DNA of 40,000 nucleotides, taken from an uncultured Gilvimarinus sp. (GTDB lineage Bacteria > Pseudomonadota > Gammaproteobacteria > Pseudomonadales > Cellvibrionaceae). Positions 24,670 through 34,505 of this stretch are shown here, piece by piece. Both the position numbers and the translations under genes were made by a program. The notes beneath the pieces were generated by a model. The model was not told the DNA's origin. It did not search any database and saw only the letters and a list, made by a program, of their open reading frames with translations. Position 1 is the stretch's first letter. Each line of letters begins with the position of its first letter. Location of the stretch: contig NZ_CAXBFW010000017.1 in NCBI RefSeq assembly GCF_963975215.1, forward strand, positions 21,777 through 61,776, written 5' to 3'.

Positions 24670-25278
24670 CTTGGCTAAGTTAAGTTTAGTACGAGCAGCA
24701 CGAACAAAAGATATGTGAGCTTCCACTACTGAATCTGCTGCTTCGTTGATGATCTTTGCCTCCTCTTCGAAGCGCTGCATATGCTCAGAGTCGCTTCTAT
24801 GCCCATTTACGATCACAGCCTGCAGCCCCGCCAGATTTGGACTTGTGTATTTAGCCACGGCCATACCGAACTCGACAGCGCTTTCTAGTAAGCTTTTTCT
24901 ATAGGACTCGAGATCGCTGTCAAGAAACTCATGCTCTGGGTTATCCCATTCGTAGAGAAACTGATTGATGGGGCGTATCTCTTCGCTTCTAAAGCTACCT
25001 AGAAAGTCATGTTCTTTCAGAAACTTTATGATGCCGTTGGAGGGAAGAGCATCCAGCAGCTTCTTCGCCAACGCAACGTCGTTAGGGTGCCCTTGCTTAG
25101 CGAGATTTCCGCTAATGCTCGACGAATCGTGGACGTCTGCGGCAATGAAGCCCGCTAGAGTAAGCGTAAAAGCCACCACAGGCTCCCACTCGAATGTCCA
25201 GTCCGCAGGATTCCACAGGAACCACGCAACGTTGAACAGCATGCCAGCAATTGTCAAGTACTTAGCCAATTTGGCCAT
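24664..25278 (-). CDS. First cassette ORF: hypothetical protein with 2 N-terminal TM helices and a ~150-aa soluble domain
   Basis: 204 aa. TM segments YLTIAGMLFNVAWFLW and VVAFTLTLAGFIAADV. The ATG at 25278 lies 19 nt downstream of the attI core. Confidence 0.6.
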   Translation of the reverse strand: MAKLAKYLTIAGMLFNVAWFLWNPADWTFEWEPVVAFTLTLAGFIAADVHDSSSISGNLAKQGHPNDVALAKKLLDALPSNGIIKFLKEHDFLGSFRSEEIRPINQFLYEWDNPEHEFLDSDLESYRKSLLESAVEFGMAVAKYTSPNLAGLQAVIVNGHRSDSEHMQRFEEEAKIINEAADSVVEAHISFVRAARTKLNLAKA

Positions 25279-25296
25279 TTAGTCAGAAGCTCCCTA

Positions 25297-25303
25297 GCCT
25301 AAC
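25297..25303 (-). other. attI recombination core (GTTAGGC on the minus strand)
   Basis: A perfect GTTRRRY box at the intI-proximal junction of the first cassette. I could not define the full extent of attI or the integrase-binding repeats. Confidence 0.55.
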
Positions 25304-25584
25304 AGCTAATTCATGCGACTCAGTCGCACTTTCGCCTGTCACCCTATCCCCAGTAGAAACTGGATGAAGTTGGAGATGGAAGCTGTTGAAAGCACAGGGG
25401 AAATAGACATATTCTGACAGCTCCTTGTCTGGGGAAAGTGCGACTGACTTTAATTGAAAGCCTAATGTAATGTCTTTTTCTGTACTGCGCAAGCGCCGCT
25501 CAACCCATTGAATTAATTAAGAAAATATTATTTGCACTCAACTTATCTTCTCACATTGTTCAAGGGTTTCCCCTGAACACGGAT

Positions 25585-25613
25585 TTGACCGGAGTGTGAC
25601 CCCCAACTAAACT
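25585..25613 (+). promoter_or_regulatory. Putative intI promoter (-35 TTGACC, 17-nt spacer, -10 TAAACT)
   Basis: Hexamers at 25585-25590 and 25608-25613. The -10 overlaps the LexA box. GGAG RBS at 25636-25639. Confidence 0.55.
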
Positions 25614-25627
25614 GTATATAAACACAG
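25612..25627 (+). promoter_or_regulatory. LexA (SOS) box CTGTATATAAACACAG
   Basis: An exact CTGT-N8-ACAG palindrome 20 nt upstream of the intI ATG, overlapping the putative -10. Confidence 0.8.
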
Positions 25628-25646
25628 CATAAGCACGGAGCTAATC

Positions 25647-26666
25647 ATGGAGAGACCCTCGGATATCCCAGTGTATGTACCTGAAAAATCGGCCAGATTT
25701 ATGGATCAGCTACGTGCATTTATGCGATTTAGGCAGCTCTCTTACCGCACCGAGCAAACTTATGTTCACTGGATTTTAAAATTTATACGCTTTCACAATA
25801 AGGCCCATCCATCGACCCTTGATGAAAAAGCGGTAGAAGTTTGGCTTACCCATTTAGCCACCGAACGAAACAACGCGGTGGCAACCCAGAAAATTGCACT
25901 TAATGCGATAGTGTTTCTTTATCGTCAATTTTTACGTCAGCCACTTGAGAATATGAATTTTAAGCGAGCTAAGCAGTCGCAGCGAGTCCCTACCGTGCTT
26001 TCACATACGGAGGCTAAGACGATTATTGATTTAGCCACTAACCCTTATCGGCTTATGTTTGCACTGATGTATGGCGCTGGGTTGCGACAAGCAGAGTGTT
26101 TGTCATTGCGCATACTGGATATAGATATTGAAAACCTTATGTTAGTAGTTCGCCATGGCAAGGGGCGTAAAGACCGAACAACCCTGTTACCTAAAGCGCT
26201 GCTAATTGATATCCAGCAGCAAATAGAACACGTCAGCGCTATTCATGCGATGGACTTGCAACGGGGCTTTGGCGAGGTTTATTTACCCGACTCACTCGCC
26301 AGAAAGTATCCCCGCGCAGCGTTTCAAACTAAGTGGCAATATTTATTTCCATCCAGTAGGCCAGGGCCTTGTCCACGCACGGGCGTTATTCGTCGACACC
26401 ATTTGCACCACAGCGCGGTACGAAAGCATTTAACCACCTGTGTTAATAGCTCCTCGATTGCTAAACATATATCTTGCCACACCTTCCGACACTCATTTGC
26501 CACAAGGCTTTTAGAGCAGGGCTATGATCTTAGAACCATACAGCAGTTGTTGGGTCATACGGATGTAAAGACTACTGAAATTTATACGCATGTCGTGAAG
26601 CAAGGAAAGCTAGGCGTGATAAGCCCTTTTGACGGTGTTCGGGAAGAATATGCTCGCTACGCCTAA
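25647..26666 (+). CDS. intI: Integron integrase IntI (tyrosine recombinase)
   Basis: 339 aa. Contains the integron-specific patch ...YLPDSLARKYPRAAFQTKWQYLFPSS... between patches II and III, and the catalytic contexts GLRQAE, HTFRHSFAT and LGHTDVKTTEIYTHV. Confidence 0.95.
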   Translation: MERPSDIPVYVPEKSARFMDQLRAFMRFRQLSYRTEQTYVHWILKFIRFHNKAHPSTLDEKAVEVWLTHLATERNNAVATQKIALNAIVFLYRQFLRQPLENMNFKRAKQSQRVPTVLSHTEAKTIIDLATNPYRLMFALMYGAGLRQAECLSLRILDIDIENLMLVVRHGKGRKDRTTLLPKALLIDIQQQIEHVSAIHAMDLQRGFGEVYLPDSLARKYPRAAFQTKWQYLFPSSRPGPCPRTGVIRRHHLHHSAVRKHLTTCVNSSSIAKHISCHTFRHSFATRLLEQGYDLRTIQQLLGHTDVKTTEIYTHVVKQGKLGVISPFDGVREEYARYA

Positions 26667-26696
26667 GCTTAGCGAGCATACGGGGTGCGAATTGAC

Positions 26697-29432
26697 TTAG
26701 CCCGCCAACTGCCTTAACACATAATGCAGGATGCCACCGTGGCGGTAGTAGTCCCACTCGACGGCGGTGTCGATGCGTACCCGCACCTCAAACGTTGTAT
26801 CTTTACCGTCTTTTTGCGCCGTGATTTTTAAGGTTTTGGGCTCACCGTCGATGGGCTCAAAGTCGAAGGTTTCAGTACCTTCCAGCCCCAACGATTCCAC
26901 ACTGTCGCCGTCTTTAAACTGCAGCGGCAACACACCAAAGCCCACCAGGTTAGAGCGGTGAATACGCTCAAAGCTTTGCGCGATTACCGCTTTAATACCC
27001 AGCAAATTGGTGCCTTTGGCGGCCCAGTCTCGGCTAGAGCCGGTGCCGTACTCTTTACCGGCGAGCACAATTAAGGGCACCTTATCGGCCTGATACTTTT
27101 GCGATGCCTCGTAGATGCTCATTTGCTCGTCGGTGGGCAGGTACGTGGTCCAGCCGCCTTCGGTGCCGGGGGCCAGTTGGTTTTTAAGCCGCACGTTGGC
27201 AAAGGTGCCGCGCACCATAACTTCGTCGTTGCCGCGGCGCGAGCCGTAGCTGTTAAAGTCTTCGGGCTCGACGCCCTTGTCGCGCAAGTATTGCCCGGCG
27301 GGGCTGTCGGGCTTAATGGCACCGGCGGGCGAGATATGGTCGGTGGTGATCGAGTCGCCCACTTTTACCAGACAGCGCGCGCCCTTGATGGGTTTGGCCT
27401 CGGGTAACTCCATGGTCATGCCATCAAAGTACGGCGGCTTTTTCACGTAGGTGGATTCCGGCCAGGAGTAGATTTCGTCTTCCGGCACAGGCAGCGCTTG
27501 CCAGGCCTCGGTGCCTTTAAACACATCGGCGTATTTATCGGCGTAAATGCCCTCGGTCATGGCGCTGGCGATTGTGTCGGCCACCTCTTGCGGGGTGGGC
27601 CAGATATCGCGCAGGTAGATATTCTCGCCGTCTTTGCTTTGCCCCAACGGCTCGTTGAGTAAATCCACATTCATGTTGCCCGCTAACGCGTAGGCCACTA
27701 CCAATGGCGGCGAGGCCAGGTAGTTGGCTTTTACATCCTGGTGAATGCGCCCCTCAAAGTTGCGATTGCCCGACAGTACGCCGGCGACTAATAAATCGCC
27801 TGCGCGCACGGCGTTTTGCACCGGGGGTGGCAAGGGGCCCGAGTTACCGATACAGGTGGTGCAGCCAAAACCGACGATATCAAAGCCCAGCTCGGCCAGC
27901 GGGTCGAGTAAGCCGGCGTTTTTCATATAGGCCGGCACCACTTGCGAGCCGGGGGCAAACGAGGTTTTAACCCACGGCTTGGTCATTAACCCTAGCGCGT
28001 GGGCTTTTTTGGCCACCAAACCGGCGGCCACCAACACGGCGGGGTTAGAGGTATTGGTGCACGAGGTAATAGCGGCAATCACCACGGCGCCGTGATTGAG
28101 CATAAACTCCTGGCCGTTCATCTCGACCGGCACCGCGCCGCGCTCGTGCAGGTTGGTATTGTCGATGGCGGTTTGGCCACCCTCGCCCACAAAGCGCGAA
28201 TCGGCGTCGGTGGTAATCACCTCGTCGGCCTCGTCAAACTCGCTTTGCAGCAAGGTGGCAAACGCCGATTTGGCATCGGTTAACGCGATGCGATCTTGCG
28301 GGCGTTTGGGGCCGGCCAGGCTGGGTACCACATCGCCCAAATCAAGGTGCAGGGTATCGCTGTAGTCGGCGACCGGGTCGTCGTCGTTGCGCCACAGATC
28401 TTGCTCTTTGGCGTAGGCCTCGACCAAATCAATTTGCTCCTGGTCACGACCGGTAAGCTCCATGTAGCGCAGGGTTTCGCCATCCACCGGAAAGATACCG
28501 CAGGTGGCGCCGTACTCGGGCGCCATATTGGCGATGGTGGCGCGATCGGCCAGCGGTAACTTTGCCAGGCCCGGGCCGTAAAACTCAACAAACTTGCCTA
28601 CCACGCCGCGCTCGCGCAGCATTTGGGTCACGGTGAGCACCAAATCGGTGGCGGTAGCAGACGGCGGCAGCTCGCCTTTTAGCTCAAACCCGACTACCTC
28701 GGGAATCAGCATGGTAATGGGTTGGCCCAACATGGCGGCCTCGGCCTCAATGCCGCCCACGCCCCAGCCCAGTACGCCCAGGCCGTTAATCATGGTGGTG
28801 TGCGAGTCGGTGCCTACCAAGGTATCGGGCAGTGCCACCCGCTCGTCGCCGTGCTCCTCGAGCAATACCACCTTGGCCAAATACTCGAGGTTTACCTGAT
28901 GCACGATGCCAGTGCCCGGTGGCACCACGCGAAAGTTGGAAAACGCCTGCTGGCCCCAGCGCAAAAACTGGTAGCGCTCGTTGTTGCGCTCAAATTCTTT
29001 CTCGGTGTTTTTTTGCAGTGAGTCGGGGCTGCCAAAATAATCGACCATCACCGAGTGGTCGATAACCAAATCGACGGCCCCCAGCGGGTTGATTTTGGCC
29101 GGGTCGCCTTTTAAATCGCGCATGGCCGCGCGCATAGCGGCTAAATCGACCACCGCCGGCACCCCGGTAAAATCCTGCAGTACCACCCGCGCCGGGGTAA
29201 AATTGACTTGCTCGGAGGCTTCGTCCGAGCCCTTCCAGCGGCATAGGGTTTCGATATCCTGGCGCGTTACGTTTTTGCCGTCCTCTTTGCGCAGTAGGTT
29301 CTCAAGCAAGATTTTTAAGCAGTACGGCAGGCGCTTTAAGTCGTACTGATCGGCTAGCGCACCTAACCGGTAGTAGGTGTAGTCTTGACCATTGACGGTG
29401 AGGGTACTTTTCGCACGAAAACTGTCGCTCAC
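26697..29432 (-). CDS. acnA: Aconitate hydratase A
   Basis: 911 aa with canonical AcnA/IRP-type sequence, including Fe-S ligand regions [10 protein letters not shown] and [10 protein letters not shown]. Confidence 0.95.
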   Translation of the reverse strand: MSDSFRAKSTLTVNGQDYTYYRLGALADQYDLKRLPYCLKILLENLLRKEDGKNVTRQDIETLCRWKGSDEASEQVNFTPARVVLQDFTGVPAVVDLAAMRAAMRDLKGDPAKINPLGAVDLVIDHSVMVDYFGSPDSLQKNTEKEFERNNERYQFLRWGQQAFSNFRVVPPGTGIVHQVNLEYLAKVVLLEEHGDERVALPDTLVGTDSHTTMINGLGVLGWGVGGIEAEAAMLGQPITMLIPEVVGFELKGELPPSATATDLVLTVTQMLRERGVVGKFVEFYGPGLAKLPLADRATIANMAPEYGATCGIFPVDGETLRYMELTGRDQEQIDLVEAYAKEQDLWRNDDDPVADYSDTLHLDLGDVVPSLAGPKRPQDRIALTDAKSAFATLLQSEFDEADEVITTDADSRFVGEGGQTAIDNTNLHERGAVPVEMNGQEFMLNHGAVVIAAITSCTNTSNPAVLVAAGLVAKKAHALGLMTKPWVKTSFAPGSQVVPAYMKNAGLLDPLAELGFDIVGFGCTTCIGNSGPLPPPVQNAVRAGDLLVAGVLSGNRNFEGRIHQDVKANYLASPPLVVAYALAGNMNVDLLNEPLGQSKDGENIYLRDIWPTPQEVADTIASAMTEGIYADKYADVFKGTEAWQALPVPEDEIYSWPESTYVKKPPYFDGMTMELPEAKPIKGARCLVKVGDSITTDHISPAGAIKPDSPAGQYLRDKGVEPEDFNSYGSRRGNDEVMVRGTFANVRLKNQLAPGTEGGWTTYLPTDEQMSIYEASQKYQADKVPLIVLAGKEYGTGSSRDWAAKGTNLLGIKAVIAQSFERIHRSNLVGFGVLPLQFKDGDSVESLGLEGTETFDFEPIDGEPKTLKITAQKDGKDTTFEVRVRIDTAVEWDYYRHGGILHYVLRQLAG

Positions 29433-29657
29433 GGTTGTCTCCCTTGGCTCATTGATTTGTAGAATGATTACATAAGTGAGTATAGGCCTCTAGTAAAGCA
29501 AAGTTTACGCCCGTTTGCCGCTTTAGGCTGCTGACAATCACGCGCAGCACACTTAAGCGGTTGCGCAGCGGTGTAATCGGCCGCGCCTAAGCGGTGGTGC
29601 TAGCAACGAGATCAACAAAATAGCATGGCGGTCAGCGAACAGGTGCGTAAGATTTAC

Positions 29658-29686
29658 AAAAAAGCCCGGGCCGAGACGGACCGGGC
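29658..29686 (-). terminator. Rho-independent terminator downstream of the halogenase-like gene
   Basis: The minus strand reads GCCCGG-tccgtctcggc-CCGGGC-TTTTTT. Confidence 0.7.
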
Positions 29687-29714
29687 AAGCTTCGTCCCAC
29701 GAATAAGTAGTAGC

Positions 29715-31205
29715 CTAGAGTGTACGTAAAAACTCTTGATGTGACGGCGCACACTGGGCACCGAGAATAATAGAGCGAGCCATCCCATCCACCATGTGGG
29801 TGAGTTTCTGGGTATCGAGCCGCTGTACCGGAGCGGGCAGCACCCTCGGACGTAACCCCAAGCCATGAAACAACGCAATCCAGCTCTGCTCGGTAAACGA
29901 TTCTTGCTCGCCAAGCAAAATGCATCCGTCCTCGGTGAAGGCACGCATCTTTTCGGTCAATGTGTCCGGCACATCCATGGCACTGACGTCACGCCAAAAC
30001 GCCGTATCGCGCCGGCCGCTGGCTTTGTAATGCAGGATAATAAAGTCGCGGATACGCTCGTATTCCGCGCGATTGAGGCGATTTGCCTGAGCTACTGCCG
30101 ACTCGGTGACCTCCAGCTCGGGCATAGACTGCATAAGCTTTTCAAGCCCGGTTTGAATCAGTGAAATAGAGGTAGATTCCAGTGGCTCGATAAACCCGCC
30201 GGCAAGGCCCAGCGCAACACAATTTTGCTGCCAAAATACGCGGCGCATACCTGCCTTAAAGCGCAACTGCCGTGGCTCGGTTAGCAAGGTGCCATCGAGA
30301 TTTTTAAGCAAACTGTCAGCCGCTTCATCGTCACTCAAGTAGTCACTGGAGTACACCAGGCCATTACCTTTGCGCTGCTCCAACGGAATCCGCCATTGCC
30401 AGCCAGCGTCGCGGGCTATCGATTGGGTATAAGGTATCGGTGCACTGGTGTTTTGTGTCTGTACCACGACGGCCCGGTCGCAAGCTAGCCAGTGTGACCA
30501 ATCATCAAAATCAACGCCCAGATTTTGCTTAATCAGCACACCGGCGAAACCTGTGCAGTCGATAAACAAATCCCCCTCGATAAACGCACTTTGTTCAAGC
30601 TGCACACCCGTAATCGCCCCTGTGCTGGCGTGGTTGTCGACACGTGTGACTTTACCTTCAGTGCGTTTTACGCCGCGCGACTCTGCGTACTTGCGCAAAA
30701 ACTGTGCGTAACGAGTGGCGTCAAAGTGGTAGGCGTAATCATAAAAAGCCAGTGGGTTGGTAGCCGCCTCGTCGGGCTGAGCAAAACGACCTTGACGCGC
30801 CATGGTGGTAGACAGGCTAAAAGCCTCCAGCTCATGTGCACACCCATTGTCGTGGGACTTAAGCCAACAGGGATAAAAAGGCTGACCATTGATGGGCGCG
30901 CCAAACGCCGAGAACGGGTGAAAAAAGCGCTTACCGACTGACTGCCAATCAATAAACTCTATGCCGAGCTTAAAGGTCGCATGAGTGGCTTTAATGAATT
31001 CGCGCTCAGAAATACCTAAGTTTTGATGTAACCGCATCAGCCCGGGAACGGTTGCCTCTCCCACCCCCACGGTACTAATCTGGTCGGATTCGATTAGCTC
31101 GATACGTAAGTTGTGCTGGCGGTAGCGCTCGGCGAGTGTCGCAGCGGCCATCCACCCACTAGTACCGCCACCAACGATCACTACTTTATTCACTTTATAA
31201 AGCAT
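29715..31205 (-). CDS. Tryptophan halogenase-family FAD-dependent protein
   Basis: 496 aa. N-terminal GGGTSGWMAA dinucleotide fold and overall similarity to the halogenase-like proteins that accompany TonB-dependent receptors. Confidence 0.8.
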   Translation of the reverse strand: MLYKVNKVVIVGGGTSGWMAAATLAERYRQHNLRIELIESDQISTVGVGEATVPGLMRLHQNLGISEREFIKATHATFKLGIEFIDWQSVGKRFFHPFSAFGAPINGQPFYPCWLKSHDNGCAHELEAFSLSTTMARQGRFAQPDEAATNPLAFYDYAYHFDATRYAQFLRKYAESRGVKRTEGKVTRVDNHASTGAITGVQLEQSAFIEGDLFIDCTGFAGVLIKQNLGVDFDDWSHWLACDRAVVVQTQNTSAPIPYTQSIARDAGWQWRIPLEQRKGNGLVYSSDYLSDDEAADSLLKNLDGTLLTEPRQLRFKAGMRRVFWQQNCVALGLAGGFIEPLESTSISLIQTGLEKLMQSMPELEVTESAVAQANRLNRAEYERIRDFIILHYKASGRRDTAFWRDVSAMDVPDTLTEKMRAFTEDGCILLGEQESFTEQSWIALFHGLGLRPRVLPAPVQRLDTQKLTHMVDGMARSIILGAQCAPSHQEFLRTL

Positions 31206-31257
31206 ACGATCACCGCTTATACAGTGCGCCCGGCACTAGGCCGGGCGAGCGAATACG

Positions 31258-34227
31258 CTAAAAACTAGCTCTGATGCCCAGAGAATAGCGGGTATCCTGA
31301 CTGTAAACAAAGGCGGTGTGCTCGCCTGCGCCGGTCTGCTTAATAATGCCACGTTGCTTAGATTGGCTGAGGTTGTAGGCCTCAAAGTTAATCGACCAGT
31401 TATCGTTGAAGTTGTAACCCATGGTGAAGTCGAGCTGGCCGTAATCGTCAGAATAGACCGGCAAGTTCCAGGTGACACCCTCATTGGTGCCGTTCCAGCC
31501 ATTTGGGCCTACCGATAATAGCTGCTCGCTGCGCCAGTTATAGGCCAGCCGACTATAAAAACCGTACTTTTCGTACATCGCCATCAGGTTGTAGGTGTGC
31601 TCAGAGATGCCCTCCAGAGGCTGCTCGCCGTAGCTCGCACCGTCAGTATCCACCGGGGCCGTGCTTTCATCAACGTCAGCACTTGAATCCAGGTAGGTAT
31701 AGTTCGCCTGCACACCAAAGCCGTCAAAAGGCTCCGGGAGTTCATCAAAGAACTTTGTCAGCCCCACCTCAAGGCCATTGATTTCTGCCTCGCCGGTATT
31801 AATAACCTGAGTAGCCGTTACATCCTGAAAACCTTCAAATTCGTCCAGCGTCGTGGTCGAGACCCGGAAGAAATCAGATACATCTTTACGGAATACCGCT
31901 GCGTACACCATGCCGCCGTTTTCATTAAAGTACCACTCGGCGGTCAAATCGTATTGATTGGCCTCCATTGGCTCTAAGTAGGGGTTGGTTTCCTGCGAGT
32001 CGAGCGTGAAATTCACCATGCTCTCGTCAAAGTCGTCAATTGTCTCGGGCTGCTCGACGTTATCTTTAAATGCCGCGCTTAGTGCTAAAACGGCTTTCAG
32101 GCGGGAGAACTCAGGCCGCCAAATACCCTTTGAAGCACCGAAACGAAACATCAGCTCATCGGTCGCCTCCATTTGTAAGTTCAAGCTAGGTAGGACGTTG
32201 GAGTAACTGTTTTGGCCTTCGTACACCTGATCGGGTTGGTAGAAAGGCTCTTCGCTGATGGCAGCGCCCTGATCATCGGACTCACCGGTTGGCACCGAAA
32301 ACGTCGGGAAGCTTAACTGACCTTTGGCCAGGTTGTCGGTTTGCACATAGCGCACACCGATATTACCGCGGATAGGCATACTCAGCTCATCAAAGCCGAA
32401 ATCCATACGGGCATAAGCGGCTTGAGTTTCTTCTTCTTGAGTATTGATGTTATCGGGCGAGTCAAAGTCCACAAAGCTGTAATCGGGTGCCGAGCTACCG
32501 CTTGGGGTGGCCGCCACAATAGCGTCGGTAATACTCTCAAAGTCATTCAACAATTCGCGCTGGAACATCATCCCGGTGGTAGGAACACTGGTGTCACCGC
32601 GCTGAAAGTCGTCGAACGAAAACTCTGTCAGGTATTGTGGGTTATCGATTTTAGGTAGTGCGTCACTTGAGGGGAAAGGCTCCCAGGAGGTGCCGACCAT
32701 CCAAGGCTGATAACGGGCCGACCAGGTATTACCACCACGGTTATCCGCTGATTTTTCGGAAAAGCGCACACCGGCCTTAACAGACTTAACGATAGAGTCG
32801 TCAAAACTATACTCCACATCTAAGCGCCCTGCGGTAGAGTCGGCGGTGTTCTTTGACAGGATTTGCATCATCTGACCGTAGCTATAATTGCGGTAATCCG
32901 ACAAGAAGCCGTCCTGCACACCAACCGAAGGGGTGCCGTCGGTCGTATTGAGGTCGGACACCGTAATCTGATCAGGGTAGGCGACCAGACCCAGCGTGTT
33001 GTCTTCGCCTTCAGAGCTTGAGTCTACGTATTGAAAATCACCGCTGATTAACAGCTGATCCGACAAATGCCATTTAAAACCGGTTGAGATGTCGGTTGTT
33101 TCAGATGTGTTATCGGACAGACGGGTACTGGTACCAAAGGGTACGCCATTACCTTGTGCGGTGGTGATGGTGCCACTAATCAAGGCGTCGTTGCCGTCAT
33201 AGGTCCAGTCGTCCGCACCTTTAGATGGTAAATAGGTGGCGAAGCTGCCGCCAGCGTCAACAAAAAAGCCGTTTTCTAACCAAGAGCGCTCAGCCTCACT
33301 GCGAAAAGCTGTAAGAAAGAACTCGGCATCTTCGTTGGGCGCCCACTGTAAAGCGATGTACTGACCGTCGCGCTTACGCTCGTAATCATTGCGGCGCCAA
33401 TCGGCCCCGCGTGGCACGTACACGGTACGGTCTGCCTCAATCTCGGTCTCGGTACCCGGCACACGAGGGTGAAAAGCGCGAACATAAAAGTTGTCAGCAC
33501 GAGACTGAATCGTTGAAGAGGAGAAATCTAATAGTAGCCCAAACTCACCAAAATCAGTGTCCCAGCGATTACTGTACAAACCAGAATACTCTAGGTTGCC
33601 CTCTTCGATTAAATCGCCATAGTTAGCTTTTACGGTTGCGCTAATAACTTGACCGTCAGAGTCAAAAGGCATGCGAGTGCGCAGGTTAACAATACCCCCC
33701 AGACCACCCTCAATCATGTCGGCTGTGGGAGTTTTGTGTACATCCACACCAGCCATCAGCTCGGCCGGTACGTCATCAAAGCTAAGCCCCCGGCCACCAT
33801 CTGCCGAGAAAATATCCCTACCGTTAAGCTCACCGCGCACTTGTGGTAAACCACGAATATTCACACCAGCGCCCTCACCGGCAAAGTGCTCGGGGTCGGA
33901 CGGGGTATCAAAGCGCGACACAGCCACACCCGGTACACGCTGCAAAGCATCGGTCACACTGCGATCAGGCAGTTTGCCAATATCTTCGGCAACGATGGAA
34001 TCGACGATACCATCCGCATTACGCTTAATGGCCTGAGCGGATTCAATACTGGCGCGCTGGCCGGTGACGACAATTTCTTCCAACGCCATTTGTTCCGCGC
34101 TGCTGTCATCCGTTTGCGCCATAGCCGGGGCAACCACACCGAGCGCAGTTAATACCACGGCCGAAACACTGGTTTTAATAAATCGTTGGGCACCAAAAAA
34201 TTGCTGCTGATTAGCATGTGTTATCAC
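31258..34227 (-). CDS. TonB-dependent receptor
   Basis: 989 aa. Signal peptide, plug-domain motifs (EEIVVTGQRAS..., IRGL) and a C-terminal beta-barrel ending ...LGIRASF. Confidence 0.9.
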   Translation of the reverse strand: MITHANQQQFFGAQRFIKTSVSAVVLTALGVVAPAMAQTDDSSAEQMALEEIVVTGQRASIESAQAIKRNADGIVDSIVAEDIGKLPDRSVTDALQRVPGVAVSRFDTPSDPEHFAGEGAGVNIRGLPQVRGELNGRDIFSADGGRGLSFDDVPAELMAGVDVHKTPTADMIEGGLGGIVNLRTRMPFDSDGQVISATVKANYGDLIEEGNLEYSGLYSNRWDTDFGEFGLLLDFSSSTIQSRADNFYVRAFHPRVPGTETEIEADRTVYVPRGADWRRNDYERKRDGQYIALQWAPNEDAEFFLTAFRSEAERSWLENGFFVDAGGSFATYLPSKGADDWTYDGNDALISGTITTAQGNGVPFGTSTRLSDNTSETTDISTGFKWHLSDQLLISGDFQYVDSSSEGEDNTLGLVAYPDQITVSDLNTTDGTPSVGVQDGFLSDYRNYSYGQMMQILSKNTADSTAGRLDVEYSFDDSIVKSVKAGVRFSEKSADNRGGNTWSARYQPWMVGTSWEPFPSSDALPKIDNPQYLTEFSFDDFQRGDTSVPTTGMMFQRELLNDFESITDAIVAATPSGSSAPDYSFVDFDSPDNINTQEEETQAAYARMDFGFDELSMPIRGNIGVRYVQTDNLAKGQLSFPTFSVPTGESDDQGAAISEEPFYQPDQVYEGQNSYSNVLPSLNLQMEATDELMFRFGASKGIWRPEFSRLKAVLALSAAFKDNVEQPETIDDFDESMVNFTLDSQETNPYLEPMEANQYDLTAEWYFNENGGMVYAAVFRKDVSDFFRVSTTTLDEFEGFQDVTATQVINTGEAEINGLEVGLTKFFDELPEPFDGFGVQANYTYLDSSADVDESTAPVDTDGASYGEQPLEGISEHTYNLMAMYEKYGFYSRLAYNWRSEQLLSVGPNGWNGTNEGVTWNLPVYSDDYGQLDFTMGYNFNDNWSINFEAYNLSQSKQRGIIKQTGAGEHTAFVYSQDTRYSLGIRASF

Positions 34228-34450
34228 GAAAATACTCCTCTTCTTTTATTATCATGCGGCTGGCAACCGCTATTGGTCAGATTTGCGATTGGCGTCATGC
34301 AAGGCAAAGGTCGGATATGGACAATAGGGCATTACCCACCGCACGCATGACACCAAAACTGCTTTTATATATGATTACTTTATAACCCATTATTTTTATT
34401 GGCGCAAATATATTTCTATATAAAAAAGTAAAGCTTTGGCGCCAAAAAAC

Positions 34451-34474
34451 AAAAAAAGGCACCCAGTGGGTGCC
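34451..34474 (-). terminator. Rho-independent terminator
   Basis: The minus strand reads GGCACCC-act-GGGTGCC-TTTTTTT, downstream of the receptor gene ending at 34506. Confidence 0.75.
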
Positions 34475-34505
34475 AAAGCGAAGCGAACACGACTAACAGG
34501 TTGCG

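Larger units (their letters stand above)
11870..25303 (-). other. Integron cassette array (about 16 cassettes, transcribed on the minus strand away from intI)
   Basis: Minus-strand ORFs alternate with attC palindromes, starting from the attI core at 25297-25303. I could not define the distal boundary; it lies somewhere in 11.8-11.95 kb. Confidence 0.85.

Noticed and set aside
25512-25541. Candidate Pc on the minus strand (TTGAGT-N18-ATTAAT)
   Set aside because: The hexamers are weak and several equally poor alternatives exist. Without 5'-end data I did not list it as a feature.
26652-26677. Hairpin GCTCGCTA-N10-TAGCGAGC overlapping the intI stop, considered as a terminator between intI and acnA
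   Set aside because: There is no U tract on either strand, so I did not call it a terminator. It may still be a weak bidirectional stop.
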